Made by a program: the position numbers and the translations under genes
NCBI RefSeq assembly: GCF_001194135.2
Contig: NC_068990.1
Location: 33,342,034-33,406,033, forward strand
Length of the DNA stretch: 64,000 nt
Source: Octopus bimaculoides
Taxonomy: Eukaryota
Reading direction: 5' to 3'
Shown: in pieces, positions 22,932 through 36,336 of the stretch
How positions within the stretch are numbered: the first letter of the stretch is position 1
Layout of the letters: every line of letters begins with the position of its first letter
The notes under the pieces: model-generated
Told to the model about the DNA's origin: nothing
The model's input: only the letters and a program-made list of their open reading frames with translations
Databases searched by the model: none

Positions 22932-24319
22932 TAATATACACACCACAGCACCACAAATATCACTAATACAGTGGTTATGTTATATACTAGAATAAGATAT
23001 ACACACCACATAATCATAATTAGTTATACAACAGTTGTATATACCATATCACTCTAAGCATCAGTAATATACTCTCATTACTATCAACTTAATCTTGAGC
23101 TTCATACAAAGTTGAGTTGTTCTGGATTTCTTAAATAAAGTCAAAACTTCCTAAATTTTTATGAAAATAACAATGTGGCAGCAGAAAAAAAAATTATGTA
23201 TAAATAAAATATATAAATAAAGTAACTATTAAGAATGTATTTATTTGTGTGTTATTGTTAGAATGGATAGTGTCACGGCTGACTTGTTCTTTCATCTATC
23301 CATTATCATTAATATAAGAGTTCTGAATAAACTAGAAGCAATTCCATCAAACATGTCCTTTACATAAAGTAAAATTCTATGAATAGATACTATAATATTA
23401 TGTTAAACAGACATAATGGTAAAACATTCATGAAACAGAACTTGTAATCTTTCCACAAATAGACTTTCAGATAATGGCAATTTTCTCTGAGAACATACAA
23501 AACATAAAAGTTAATATCCTTCTTTCCAAAAGCATTAGTAATCTTGCATTTAAAAATTGAAACATAATAATTCAGACTTAAGATTACTGAGGGGTATATC
23601 CAAAGATATTGCATTCATTAATTAAATTTACTAGAGACATGAAACAAGACAGTCATAAAAGTCTGCCATGTTTATCATACAACCATAGTGTGGATTCTAA
23701 AAGAAGGATTGACTGGCTGATGCTGTTTCTAGTTTATTAACCTTCATCACCAATTGATTACCATATACTTTAAAACTACTGCTTAATTATATTTATAGAT
23801 ATTGTTGTCATGCTTATTACTAATATAACATATTTTAGGCTGTTGGTTCTATTACACAAATTACTAATGTGTCAGCTGTGTTTATTTAGCAAACAAAAAT
23901 TTACAATGAAGTATACCCATAGATTTTAGCCATCACTGCATTCAGAAATTAATTAAATTGCATTCATTGGATGCAGAAAACAGTTGTAAAGGTCAGTGAT
24001 GGTTACTGTCACCATGGACAATAAAAGAGGAATTGATTGCACACTGTTCTTTCTAATTTATTAATCTTCATTAGCAATCAAATACCCTACATTTTAAAGC
24101 AACTTTGAAACTGTTTTATAGTGATTACTGCTACACTTACAACAAAAACAGGTAGACGAATTTGAATGTTGGACACATTTTCTGCAGTTAGTTCTGTTGT
24201 ATCTTATAGCACAGTATAGATAGAAAATATTGTTAATACTGTTTCATTCTTTTCTTTTTCTTTTTTTTTGTTTGGACTGTTTTTTCTTCTTCTTGATAAT
24301 AATTCTTAACAAAAGGACT

Positions 24320-24830
24320 TTCACAGAACATGCTTTTTAAGAATATGAGCTGCCCCAAGGACGGAGGATTTTTTGGAGTATTTGCTAGTTGCCTTTACAT
24401 CCAACTGTCCTAGATAATATAATAGTTTTTTGAGAGATTAAAATTAATGCTCCAAAAATTACTGTTACGACTTCCTCTTTTGTTGTGGGAACATCCCCAC
24501 ATTTTCTAATACCTATACTTTCAAGCCGATATATTTTGAGATTTCATTTGGATCCTTTCCAAGTACATGATTATACCACTAGTCTGAAGAGTTGAATCTA
24601 TATTTTTACAAATTGACCAGTGTAAATTAATACAAATCTTATCAAGGCATCACTTGTACTCTTTCTCAGCTAAAATTTTGCAACCTGCTACAATATGCTC
24701 ATTATTTTTCACTTACAGATTACAAAAGTGTTATTTGTTTATTGAAGCAGTGAAATAAATACTCTTATTCACTAAAGTAGTGCTTAGAGCATGTCCTTTT
24801 GCCACAAGCAAAATCCCAATTTCTTTCACT
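24320..24830 (-). mobile_element. R4/Dong-type non-LTR 3' fragment
   Basis: Minus strand EHIVAGCKILAEKEYK*CLDKICINLHWSIC and QILQKSSVLGAAHILKK, the zinc-knuckle region and C-terminal LQK...LG.AHIL motif. Confidence 0.7.
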
Positions 24831-25389
24831 GTAGAACCACTTTCATTTTGATCAGTGATTTTTTTCCCATTCTGGCAAAATTGTTAGAGTGTCAGAAAAA
24901 ACTGCTTTGAAGTATTTGTTCAGGATTTTACATTATGAGTTCAATTCCTGCCAAGGTCAACTTTGCCTTTCATCCTTCCAGCATCAAGAAGTTTTCTCAC
25001 AGTCTTAATCTTTTAACTAACATTCTGTCAAACTCAGCAATTTAATCTCATCCTTCAGTCAATCTCCTGTTCACTCACCAATCACTCACAATTCAATCAA
25101 TTTTACTAATCTACTAATCAGTTGCCATTCAATAATCCATACCAATTAATCATCACTTAGTCAATTCCACTCATCATTCACCATTTGATCAAGCGTACCA
25201 ATCACTTGCTATTCAATACATCTTTTTCCAATTACACACCATTCAATCAATCTCACCGCTCAGTCATCATTCACCAATCATCTATCTCATGAATCAATCA
25301 GCAAGTAAAATGCAATGTACACTGTCTCCTGTTTTGATTAACTAGGAAAATAAAAAAAAATGGAACATTTTCATCTAACAATTCATTTT

Positions 25390-25766
25390 ACTTGATAATG
25401 ATGGCGATGATGATGATGATGATGGTGGTGACGATAAAAACAATGATGATGATGGTGCTGATAACTATAGTGATGGTCATGGTGATAGTGGCAGCGGTAG
25501 TGGTGGTGGTGAGGACATTCAAGATGATGGTGGTTATGACAACGATGATGAAAATGATGCTGATGATGCTGGTGGTGGAGCGTTGGTGATGATGATGATG
25601 ATGATGATGAGGGATGATAATATAGTAAAATCCTTCTAATAATAAACACCAGAGGGCAGCAACGAGGAGTTTAATGCTGAGTTATTTATGGAATTTAAAA
25701 TATTCTTGTGATAATAATAAAACAATGGCAGAATAAATACAGTGGTGTTAGTGGTGATGGTAGTTG

Positions 25767-25811
<45 letters not shown>

Positions 25812-26189
25812 TTTAAGGTAGTGGTAGTGCTAATAATGATGTGTAGAAGTGTGGTGGTAGTGGCAATGGTGGTGGTAGTAATAGTGGTGGTATGAAGTGA
25901 TGTGTTGGTGCCTGTAGTGGTGGTGGCTGAGGTGGTAGTAGTTATTAGCACTGCTGTTGATGGTAACAGTGCAGGGGTGTAGTGTTTGTGATGATGGTGA
26001 TGGTGGTAGTGGTGGTGGTGGTAGTGTTGGTAGTCGTGATGATGGTTGTAGGGGTCATGGCAATGGTGGTGGTGGTTGTGGAGTGTAGTGGTAATGAGGA
26101 CAGCAGCTGTAGGGGTAAAAGTAGCAGTGGAGGTGGTGGTGGTGGTGCTAGTAGTGGTAATGGTGGTGGTAGTGGTGGCGTGGCAGTGA

Positions 26190-26234
<45 letters not shown>

Positions 26235-26480
26235 CAGTGGCGGCGGCGGTGGTGGTGGTGGTAGAAGTAGTAGTAGTAGTGATGTAGAATGGAAAAATGG
26301 TGAAGAGGGATGAAGCAAGAAATACAATTATGAAGAAGAAAAACAAGTTTTAAAAAACAAAACAGAAAAACAACATTAAAAAAAAAACAATGTAACAAGG
26401 AAATTTCAAGAGCAGAAAGGCAAAAGGAGGATGGTGATGATGGTGATGATGATGATAATGATGATGATGATGATGATGAT
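25390..26480 (+). repeat. Compound (GAT)/(GGT)/(TAG) trinucleotide low-complexity tract
   Basis: Direct reading; source of the poly-H/T/V/M ORFs. Confidence 0.9.
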
Positions 26481-26876
26481 AAGTATCAAGAATAAAATAA
26501 ATATAAAAACGAAGGCAAAAATGGAAAAAAAAACCGAAACAGAACAAAAAAACAAAAACAAAAACAAAAATAAAGTAAACGGAAAATAAGGCAGCAGCAT
26601 CTGATTTCTTTTTTTTTTTGTTGTTGTTCCCTTAGACTAGTCCAATGATCATTAACTAAAATATAACTTTTATTTCAACTTCTACTTTTCCCCCTCCAAC
26701 TAAAGCGGATTTTTTTTTTAAACAAATTCTTCGCAACTTAAAAAAATAAAGAAAAATAGAAATTAAAACAAAAAAGATTCAAAAATAAGCATCATACAAT
26801 TTAAGAATTACAGACTGAAAAAAAATGCCACCACAAAAGTCATGCTCTGATGCTACATATACGTATATATACACAC

Positions 26877-26920
<44 letters not shown>

Positions 26921-26996
26921 GTATGTATATATATATATAAATGAATATGTATGTATGTATATAAATGTGTGTGTATAAAGGTACATATATATATAN

Positions 26997-27553
26997 NNNN
27001 NNNNNNNNNNNNNNNNNNNNNNNNNNNNNNNNNNNNNNNNNNNNNNNNNNNNNNNNNNNNNNNNNNNNNNNNNNNNNNNNNNNNNNNNNNNNNNNNNNNN
27101 NNNNNNNNNNNNNNNNNNNNNNNNNNNNNNNNNNNNNNNNNNNNNNNNNNNNNNNNNNNNNNNNNNNNNNNNNNNNNNNNNNNNNNNNNNNNNNNNNNNN
27201 NNNNNNNNNNNNNNNNNNNNNNNNNNNNNNNNNNNNNNNNNNNNNNNNNNNNNNNNNNNNNNNNNNNNNNNNNNNNNNNNNNNNNNNNNNNNNNNNNNNN
27301 NNNNNNNNNNNNNNNNNNNNNNNNNNNNNNNNNNNNNNNNNNNNNNNNNNNNNNNNNNNNNNNNNNNNNNNNNNNNNNNNNNNNNNNNNNNNNNNNNNNN
27401 NNNNNNNNNNNNNNNNNNNNNNNNNNNNNNNNNNNNNNNNNNNNNNNNNNNNNNNNNNNNNNNNNNNNNNNNNNNNNNNNNNNNNNNNNNNNNNNNNNNN
27501 NNNNNNNNNNNNNNNNNNNNNNNNNNNNNNNNNNNNNNNNNNNNNNNNNNNNN
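26997..27553. other. Assembly gap (N run). Further gaps at about 32829-32838, 36234-36287, 43594-44308, 46321-46375, 57430-57771 and 60107-60116
   Basis: N characters, mostly abutting microsatellites or SINEs. ORFs spanning them are artefacts. Confidence 0.98.
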
Positions 27554-27623
27554 ATATATATATACATATGTATAGATAAATATATATACATATATAGAGA
27601 TGCATAGATATACATACATATAT

Positions 27624-27663
<40 letters not shown>

Positions 27664-28297
27664 TTATATATGTGTGTGTGCATATGTGTGTGCTTGTGTA
27701 TATATAAACATAAATGTATATGTGTCTACAGATGCCTATGCTATCGTGTATGTATGTGTATGTGTGTGTGTGTTTGTGCACGTGTATGTGTGTGTGTGTT
27801 GTGTGTGAGGATGATGTGTGATTACATGATATATCATAACGACTGGGTGGTTAGATGGAGGTGGTGGAATTTACAACAGGTTTATTATTGAAGAATTCCG
27901 GCATAAAATAATAGTAGTTATTATGGGAACCTTTGAAAAAAATTGTACTTCAATTTTGATGACAAAGAAGGAGAAATGAGAGGGAGGAGCTAATGTGACA
28001 TAGCAAGCGGGTGAGTGGCGGGGAGGAGACAGATAATACCATGTATGAATGTGCATAAAAATGTGTGTGCTTGTATGTATACGTCTGTGTGTGTGTGGCT
28101 TGATTTAGAAGATTACACATTGCAGAAACATCAGATTATAATCAAAGAGGTTAAAAGTTCAAATTCATATTCCAGAATCTTCCTTTGCCTTTTTCCACTC
28201 TGATTTTAACTTCGTTTAAGAAGATTTAGTCCCTACCATCTTTCTGTATAGCTCTGAGCATTACCAATTAACATTGCAAGACTTTTAGGTCACAAGC

Positions 28298-28389
<92 letters not shown>

Positions 28390-29022
28390 GAGGTTGGAAA
28401 ATGGAGATATTTTCTCCTTGTGAAGGCCATAAACATTTGGTCCTTTCTCTTAAATCTTAAAATAATCTTGCATGAATCTTGGCTGTTGTGCACACACACA
28501 CATACATGCGTGCACACATGCACACACACATATATACACACACAGAGTCACAGTGACAGGCATACATGCACATGGAGAAAGTATAAAAAGAACCTTCCTT
28601 CATTGGCTCACAATATCAGCACTTTCTTCATCCCTCTATTCTCAGACCAAGGGAAATGACGTAAACATTAAATTCATCCTCCCTTCTGGGGAATCGAATT
28701 TACAAACACTTCCATAGACCCTTTTTTTCCATTAATTTATTGCTCACACACACAACATTATCAGTATCCTTTGAATCCAAAAGTTACCATCTCACCGAAA
28801 ATGTTGCTCAATCAAATAGCATCTTTTATCAACCTTACAAATAACATCCTTTATCAACCTTACAAATATTGCTCTATTGACCGATCATTAGGTTGCTATC
28901 CTGTCTCGAAATGTTTACTACTCTATCACATCTAAAATATATTTTCTACTTCATATACCTTACTCTTCAAATTAAACACTAAGCACTCAAACTAAGCACT
29001 TTGTCCTCTCCATCTTTGCCAG

Positions 29023-29039
29023 AAATGTCAGATTTACAG
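29023..29039 (+). CDS. Candidate 17-nt microexon
   Basis: ctttgtcctctccatctttgccAG|AAATGTCAGATTTACAG|GTaaga: long pyrimidine tract and consensus donor; in-frame ATG TCA GAT TTA CAG (MSDLQ). Confidence 0.3.
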
Positions 29040-30017
29040 GTAAGAACTAAAATTAATCAAAGATTTAACAAGGCCTAGTTATAGACACAACGTAGCCAGT
29101 GCTGCAGTATCAAGGCAGTGCCCTAGTATGGTAACAGTCTAATGACTGAAACAAGTAAAAGATAGAAGATGTTTTTAAGCAATTTACAGCAAAAAAAGGT
29201 CAGTCAACTTATACACCAAGGCAACTTTGGTGGAACAAAACCTACATGTGAAATACATGTTTTTGGCAAGATATTGTCTGAATGTTTATACTACATGTTT
29301 ACACTCTATATATAACATTGATTTGTATGCTGGAAAATACGGTAAATCATACATTTTAATAAGGACTAAAATAATGCCTTGGCCAGCAGTCTAGATGGAA
29401 ACCAAAGAATTAAGTCAATGTTAACATAGATAATGTGATATACTGATAAATATTCATTAATTAAAATTACACCCATAATAATGAGAAATGATTATTAGCA
29501 CAATTATCAAATAAGCTAATGATTGTTTTTTTATCCTGAAGGGTATAATTTTAATTATCATTTGTTGCTACACTACATAAATTATGTTAGCACTGACCTC
29601 TCTGTTTAATTTTTGGGAAGGAAGTGTAAGGCAGATCTAATTTCAGTCTCACCACAATGTAATAGTAAAAGTATGTGTAACCAAAATTTAAATTGCAAAT
29701 TAAAGGTAAGTTTTATCATTATCGTCACCATAACAGTCCTCCTCCTCCTCCTCACCACCACCACCACCACCACCACCACTACCACTACCACCACCACCAC
29801 CACCACTATTATCATCATCATCACGACGACGACCACCACTTTTGGGTGTGAATTTTACATGAGTAGAAGCTTTTTTTAACAATTTTTATCCTGAAAATCA
29901 CCTGCATAAATTACACAGGTGCACAAATTACATGGGTTTTTATGGTAATTGATTTACTGCCTCTCCACAAAATTGCTGGCCTTGAGGCAAAATTTGAAAC
30001 CTATAATTAGGGTTGTC

Positions 30018-30172
30018 AAGGCACTGAGCTGGCAGAATTATTGGCACACTGGACAAAATGCTTAGCAGCATTTCATCTGGATTTATATTCAAAGGTTGAC
30101 TTTGCTTATCATCTTTTAGGGACTTACCACCATCCACCGAAATTGCTGGCCTTGTGCCAGAATTTGAAACTA
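30018..30172 (+). mobile_element. tRNA-derived SINE (family E), internally deleted
   Basis: ggcactgagctggcagaattattggcacactggacaaaatgcttagc ... aaggttgactttgc ... aaattgctggccttgtgccagaatttgaaac. Related pieces at ~9890-10010 (minus), ~24880-24980 and ~29950-30000. Confidence 0.65.
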
Positions 30173-32342
30173 ATATTACGAGTTGACTCCCCAAATTATT
30201 CTGCACAGATTTAAGCAGTTCCACTTTGAGTCCTTCAGTAATTAAAGTTTCTTGCTTGCTACATTGTGCTAGTGCTGACTAAACGACAATTTTTCCATTC
30301 TTATCATGTCTCAAACTAACAGACATTAACGAATACATTAACCAATAATGGTTTAAGTAGAACAATAATTACATCAATCAATCAGTTTGTGAGGATACGG
30401 TACCTCTTATTCATGCTAAATAGACAAAAGGAAATGTTAAAATTATTTGAATTGTAATTTCTTTTGAAATATATCAAATTGATATTGTTATAAATGGAAA
30501 TACTATAAATGCCAATGAAACAATAGTTTGTTTCATGTTGAATGTGGAAAGTTTATATAATAAAGCATAGAACAGTGACATCAGCTGGTAGCAAACTGTT
30601 GGTTGGTTCTTACTGAAGCTAATTATTTACAGTACAGTAATTTAAGATAAAAGATAAATGAAAAGAAAGATAGACAAAGATGGAATATTTTTATTGTAAG
30701 AAAAGGCTGGGTTAGTGCTGATAATAAAGTGCTCTGAGATTGGCTGCATTGACAGAAGGTTTGGAGCTATGTACGTGTGCCTGTGTGTGTGTAATGATAG
30801 TTAAGTCTTAACACACACCCTCTATTCACAGTTATTAACCTGTCTTGCACCTCTACTGCTGCTCTCATGATTCTGTATTATCTCCAATAATACCTCCTTG
30901 TTTCACCCACATTCTTCTGTCTTAAAATTCCCTTAACCTTACAACTGTGAAATTAAATTTCATAGTTATTCCAGTAACAATGTTAAAGATCTACCACAAA
31001 ATCAAATTGGTATATACTGCAAGTTACTCTCCTCAATAAACTTGACATATCTCAACAGAAAATAGCTTCAAACAAAACAACACTACTTTCTGCCATTAGG
31101 AGTAATGAAATTTTGAGTGGTTACATCTGATTTCCAAAGTGAAAGGGTTAAACATGTCTCATTGACTCTGTATAAAGTACATGATACAACCCTTCTTCTT
31201 TAGATTTGTATTCCTCTGGAAGTTTTCCTTTCCAGTCCATTTCTCACCCTCAATCATTAACCTCTAAATAAAATAAATTCTTATACCAAATCAACAAGGA
31301 CTGAGTTTTGATATTTCAGTTATACCTAATACAACCCATCACTGATTTCCTCTAGGTTTTTTTCAACCCTTTTATTAATTGCTTTAATGCCATCTTATCC
31401 TCTCTGTCCAAATGTTTAACAGAGACTTACAAAGGCTATAACAATTGCTTGCTGTTCTCTAATGGCATTTAAGAAAAGCAGAACTGGGTGAAGACATGCT
31501 TCAGTTTATATATGAGACAACCTAAAGTTGGTAATAAAGAAATATAGAGGGAACGGTTGATGAAAAATAGAAGAAAATAATTTATAAATGGTAGAACATC
31601 AGATAAAGAATGACCAATTTTTTATACTTCACCAACACTATGTAACATAGATTAGTACACCTGAACACATAAATCGTGATCAAATCAGACATTAGCTTCC
31701 ATTTTCTTAGAATGGAAGCTGATGTTTTCTTTTATTTATTCTCTGACTGGAGAAAAAGATATTTGATAATAGTTTGAATTGTTAAGAAATGCAACTTCCT
31801 GATCTATTGTGTGTTATTTCTACATAGAAGAAAGTTACTATCATTAATTTGCCTACGTCTACTTGGTTATACAACAGATAATACACTCCTTTGTAGTTAC
31901 CACAAGAAAGGATAGCTAGTAAGAAAACAACAATAACAACAACAACACACAAATTATATCTCATACTTCCTCCATAGCAGAAAAAGAGGAGATTCAACAC
32001 AAAATTGTTTCTATGAAGTAACAATTTAACAGTGAAACAGTCAAAATATATCAGAAAAGAATAAATAGTTTCATACCAATAAGAATACAATCTTGACATA
32101 GATTTTGTTACTTCTTCCATTATTTCATAGCTGGTTTTTCCATTCTAACCAAGGGCTGACAGACTACAAAATCCCTTATAGGAAAAATAACTAGCTATCT
32201 TCTCAAATACTGATGCCCTGTTACTGAGACAGTCTTACAGAATAATATTTTAAAAGTGTGCTTTGAAATATACACCACACATGCACATACCAAAATCTAT
32301 GTTTGAACTTTTAATCCCTACACACTTTTTTCCCTCTCAATC

Positions 32343-32378
32343 CTTTCTAATGAAGAGCATAGGCTTGAAACATCAAAG
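32343..32378 (+). ncRNA. Decayed minimal type I hammerhead ribozyme motif in a Penelope-like terminal repeat (element ~32343-32465)
   Basis: cttt-CTaATGAA-GAGC-atag-GCTt-GAAA-CaTC-aaag is three substitutions from cttt-CTGATGAA-GAGC-atag-GCTC-GAAA-CGTC-aaag. Stem I (cttt/aaag) is intact and two of the changes are CpG transitions. Confidence 0.6.
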
Positions 32379-32504
32379 ACTTCTCCATTTTTCTTGAGTA
32401 TCAAACATTTACACCTGATTGTTGTTTCTTCACCTGTCTTTGTCTTTTGTTTTCTATAAATTTTAAGTGTGTGTATGTGTGTGAGTGCATGGCCTAGTCA
32501 TTAT

Positions 32505-32750
32505 GGTGTTGTACGCACAATCAAGAGATTGTGGTTTCAAATCCTGGATCAGGTGACACATTGTGTTTCTGTGCCTAAGACTTCATCTCACATTGTTCTG
32601 TGATCACTTGGACACCTGAGATGTGATACACCATTCACCTGTTCAGGCAACGTCGATTAGATGGAGGGACTGAGTTAATGCACAGCACAAACATTTAATC
32701 CCTATAAACAAATCATTTGCACAAGTTGCTAAGCAAGGAAGTGCAGAACT
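32505..32750 (+). mobile_element. tRNA-derived SINE (family C)
   Basis: gcatggcctagtcattatggtgttg ... ggtttcaaatcctgg head; homologous to 8345-8555. Confidence 0.7.
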
Positions 32751-32781
32751 ATCTTTCTCAGACTACGAGAGACAACCATCA

Positions 32782-32828
<47 letters not shown>

Positions 32829-32894
32829 NNNNNNNNNNAAACATGTATATACATATGAATAATAAATAAATAAATAAATTGCTGATGACAGCAC

Positions 32895-33246
32895 CGCCTG
32901 ACTGGCATCCATGCTAGTGGAACGTTAAGAGCACCATCCAAGCATGATCATTGCCAGGGCTGGCTGGTTGGACTTCCACTGGACTGGCACCTGTGCAGGT
33001 GGCATATAAAAAACACCATTCGAGCATGGTCGTTGCCAGTACTGCCTGACTGGCCCGCGTGCTGGTGGCATGTAAATGCACTCACTACACTCTTGGAGTG
33101 GTTGGAATTAGGAAGGGCATCCAGCTGTAGAAACTCTGCCAGATCAGATTGGAGCCTGGTGCAGCCATCCGGTTCACCAGTCCTCAGTCAAATCGTCCAA
33201 CCCATGCAAGCATGGAAAGCGGACATTAATCAATGATGATGATAAT
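32895..33246 (+). mobile_element. Family D repeat, long copy
   Basis: Ends aggaagggcatccagctgtagaaactctgccagatcagattggagcc ... catggaaagcggacattaatcaatgatgatgat. Confidence 0.85.
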
Positions 33247-33247
33247 G

Positions 33248-33295
<48 letters not shown>

Positions 33296-33628
33296 ATCTA
33301 GACATACACATACATACATACACACACAAATAGTGAGATAGGGCTAGGAATTCATTAACAGGCAAATATCACTGTGCAATTTTACTTACAAGCTCTAATC
33401 AACTTAATTATGAAGTTCATCAGTGTGGCAAAAACAAAAAAAAAACAAAACAAAAAGAACATTGACAACATGTCCAATATAAGTTTTACAATTGGAATTA
33501 GTCAGGCATCAGAATCTTCCGTGTAGGTTCTTCCGAAACAAGCTGTTGACATAGAATAAGAAATGAAGATTTGCAAAGCAGAAACAAAGAAATGTTTACA
33601 TCTATAAATAAGTAAAATAAGTACATAT

Positions 33629-33677
<49 letters not shown>

Positions 33678-33700
33678 TGTATTCAAATGGTTGTGTGTAG

Positions 33701-33734
<34 letters not shown>

Positions 33735-34931
33735 TTATATACATATATATATATACATATATACACAAACATATATATATATGAATACATATATGTATAT
33801 ATATATATATGTATATATACATATATATAAAGAAAAGGTAGGTGGGGGTCAATGTAATTATCTGTAGGAGTCAATCAAAGTGAAGCAGAAATTAAACAAA
33901 ACTTGAATTGGTTCAAATGTGACTTGTAACAAAGTTTTGGCACAGGAAATTAAACTATGTTGACACAGCAACTAATTAAATAATAGCACCCTTAAAACAT
34001 CCTAAACAACAACAACAACAACGACAATAACAACAATAATCTAAAAGAAAAGAAAATTACTTTATGACTCTCAACGTTGGATTGTTTGATTTTGTTGAGT
34101 TTTTAATGAAACTTTTTTATTTTTGTTATTTAACAATTGTTTTACATCAATTTTGTAATTTCTCTTTCAGAACTCCTCTCTGCTCTGCTCACTCCTTGCT
34201 CATACCACCACCACCACCGATACATGATTCCTTCATTTCTCTGTGTTTTAACATGGTTATTCTTTAGCATTTGGCCATTATCACTACTTCAGTTTTATCT
34301 CCTTAATTTAGACATTCGACCAACATGCTGAAATATTCACAAACTTTAATGAATGAGCAGATTCAATAAATATTAATTCAGCCAACAACATGCCTGCTTG
34401 TTTTTCAGGTTACAAACCACCTCCACACCAAAACCATTGCCAACACCACATATCGAATACTACCACCTCCACCACCACATCAACTACCACCACCACCTCC
34501 ACACCTACCACTACCATAACCACCACAATCTATGCCTCTTTCAGTATTTTTACACATATCTCATTTGCAGAAAATTAATTAGTTTGTCTATCCAGAAGAA
34601 CATATCTATGCATACCCACACAGTTATGTATCTAGAAATGTATAGACATACACAAAGACAAATGTACATCCACAAACACACACACACACACACACAGAGC
34701 ATACATACACATGTAACACATTCACACACAGTTTGGTTGCTGATATGAAGTTGGACAAAAACCAAAGTTTGATCTTTCTTGTCAAACACAAACATATTAA
34801 AAGAAAAAAAGGGAAAATAACAAGTATAGAACACTGATTAGAAGGATGCAATACTTAGGATATGTGTATTATCTCACTTTATGTACATACATATGTACAT
34901 ATATACATCATACATACGTACATACATACAT

Positions 34932-35190
34932 CATCATTATGATCGTTTAATGTCCGCTTTCCATGCTAGCATGGGTTGGACGATTTGACTGAGAACTGGT
35001 GAACCAGATCGCTACACCAGGCTCCAATCTGATTTGGCAGAGTTTCTACAGCTGGATGCCCTTCCTAACACCAACCACTCCGAGAGAGTAGTTGGTGCTT
35101 TTATGTGCCACCGGCACAAAGGCCAGTCAGGAGGTACCGGCAACGGCCACGCTCAAAATGGTGTATTTTATGTGCCACCTGCACAGGAAA
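34932..35190 (-). mobile_element. Family D repeat
   Basis: Reverse complement of the same tail and body. Confidence 0.85.
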
Positions 35191-35299
35191 TACATCAATT
35201 TGTTCCTGAGAAAGAAAGGAAATACAAAAACTCATGAAATTTAGCCCAGACAGCTTGATGTATTGTGGAATAGTCAACAGCATTGGAGAGCATAAAGGT

Positions 35300-36037
35300 T
35301 AAAATTATAGCTGAGGAAAAGTTAGCTGACATGGAGGACTGAAAACCATTGGAATATTAGGAAAGATGATGGTTCATGCTGGGTATCAAAATGTTAACAT
35401 TATGACTGCTGCTCTGTAAACACTATAAAGGCTGAAAGATGTGACATGGACAGCTACATTGGAGACTACAAAGCTGTGGCCAGCAAGCAGGAGCACAGTA
35501 AGCATTCTGATAGCAACCAATTACCAAGATTCATCCAACAACTGATGAACAGGGCCTTAGGCTCAATTCAGATGGCTGTGAAGCTGCTGGGGACTATGGT
35601 TGAACCTTGACTGGAGGGGATTACTACTAGATTCAGTTCCTTGCCATAGCTTCCAGAAAGAGTCAGGTTTGTCTGAGAATTTCTACGATTTCTCCAGCTG
35701 CAATTTCAGGGGTCCTAATTCTTCTGATTGAAATCCCATGTATTATTCTGTGTGAGGCACAGCTGAGAAAGACACCAACCACTCTGTTTGAAATTCCAAG
35801 ACAAAGCTGGTGGCCAAGGTCAAAGAGGTGTTTGAAGATTTTCTCAGGGACAGTGAAGAATGCATGCAACAGGTTCCAGAGCCATCTTGGGGCCATGATA
35901 GAAGCTGAGGGTAGCTACTTTGAGCAATCTGTTATCTCTCAGCCTTCATCTAGTACAAAAGATACTTTTATTTTTCGATGGGATACTGTGTTTTTTTTCC
36001 TTTTATGCAAACAGTCAAATTTAGCCAGAACCCTCTA

Positions 36038-36038
<1 letters not shown>
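35300..36038 (+). mobile_element. Decayed Tc1/mariner (maT/DD37D-like) transposase with probable right TIR
   Basis: DSVPCHS, LSENFYDFSSCNFRGPNSSD*NPMYYSV*G (relic of WPPNSPDLNP.DY.VWG) and VKNACNRFQSHLGAMIEAEGSYFE. End caaatttagccagaaccctcTA. Left TIR not found. Confidence 0.75.
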
Positions 36039-36071
<33 letters not shown>

Positions 36072-36099
36072 CATACATACATATATACATACATATACA

Positions 36100-36225
36100 T
36101 GGGGGCCACTCTGCCAGATCAGATTGGAGCCTGGTGCAGCCATTTGGCTCACTAGTCCCCAGTCAAACCGTCCAACCCATGCCAGCATGGAAAGCAGACA
36201 GTAAACGATGATGATGATAATGATG
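36100..36225 (+). mobile_element. Family D repeat, 3' part
   Basis: ctctgccagatcagattggagcctggtgcagcc ... gtaaacgatgatgatgat. Confidence 0.8.
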
Positions 36226-36287
36226 ATATATATNNNNNNNNNNNNNNNNNNNNNNNNNNNNNNNNNNNNNNNNNNNNNNNNNNNNNN

Positions 36288-36336
<49 letters not shown>

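Larger units (their letters stand above)
21420..23070 (+). repeat. Degenerate ~60-bp tandem array split by a DNA transposon
   Basis: Recurring catcataaacatc / taatacagtg / tatacacaaa / taatatacacaccac motifs on both sides of 21814-22931. Confidence 0.6.

Noticed and set aside
26779-27781. Long ORFs of 200-320 aa (also 43345-44348 and 57338-57835)
   Set aside because: Open only because they cross N gaps.
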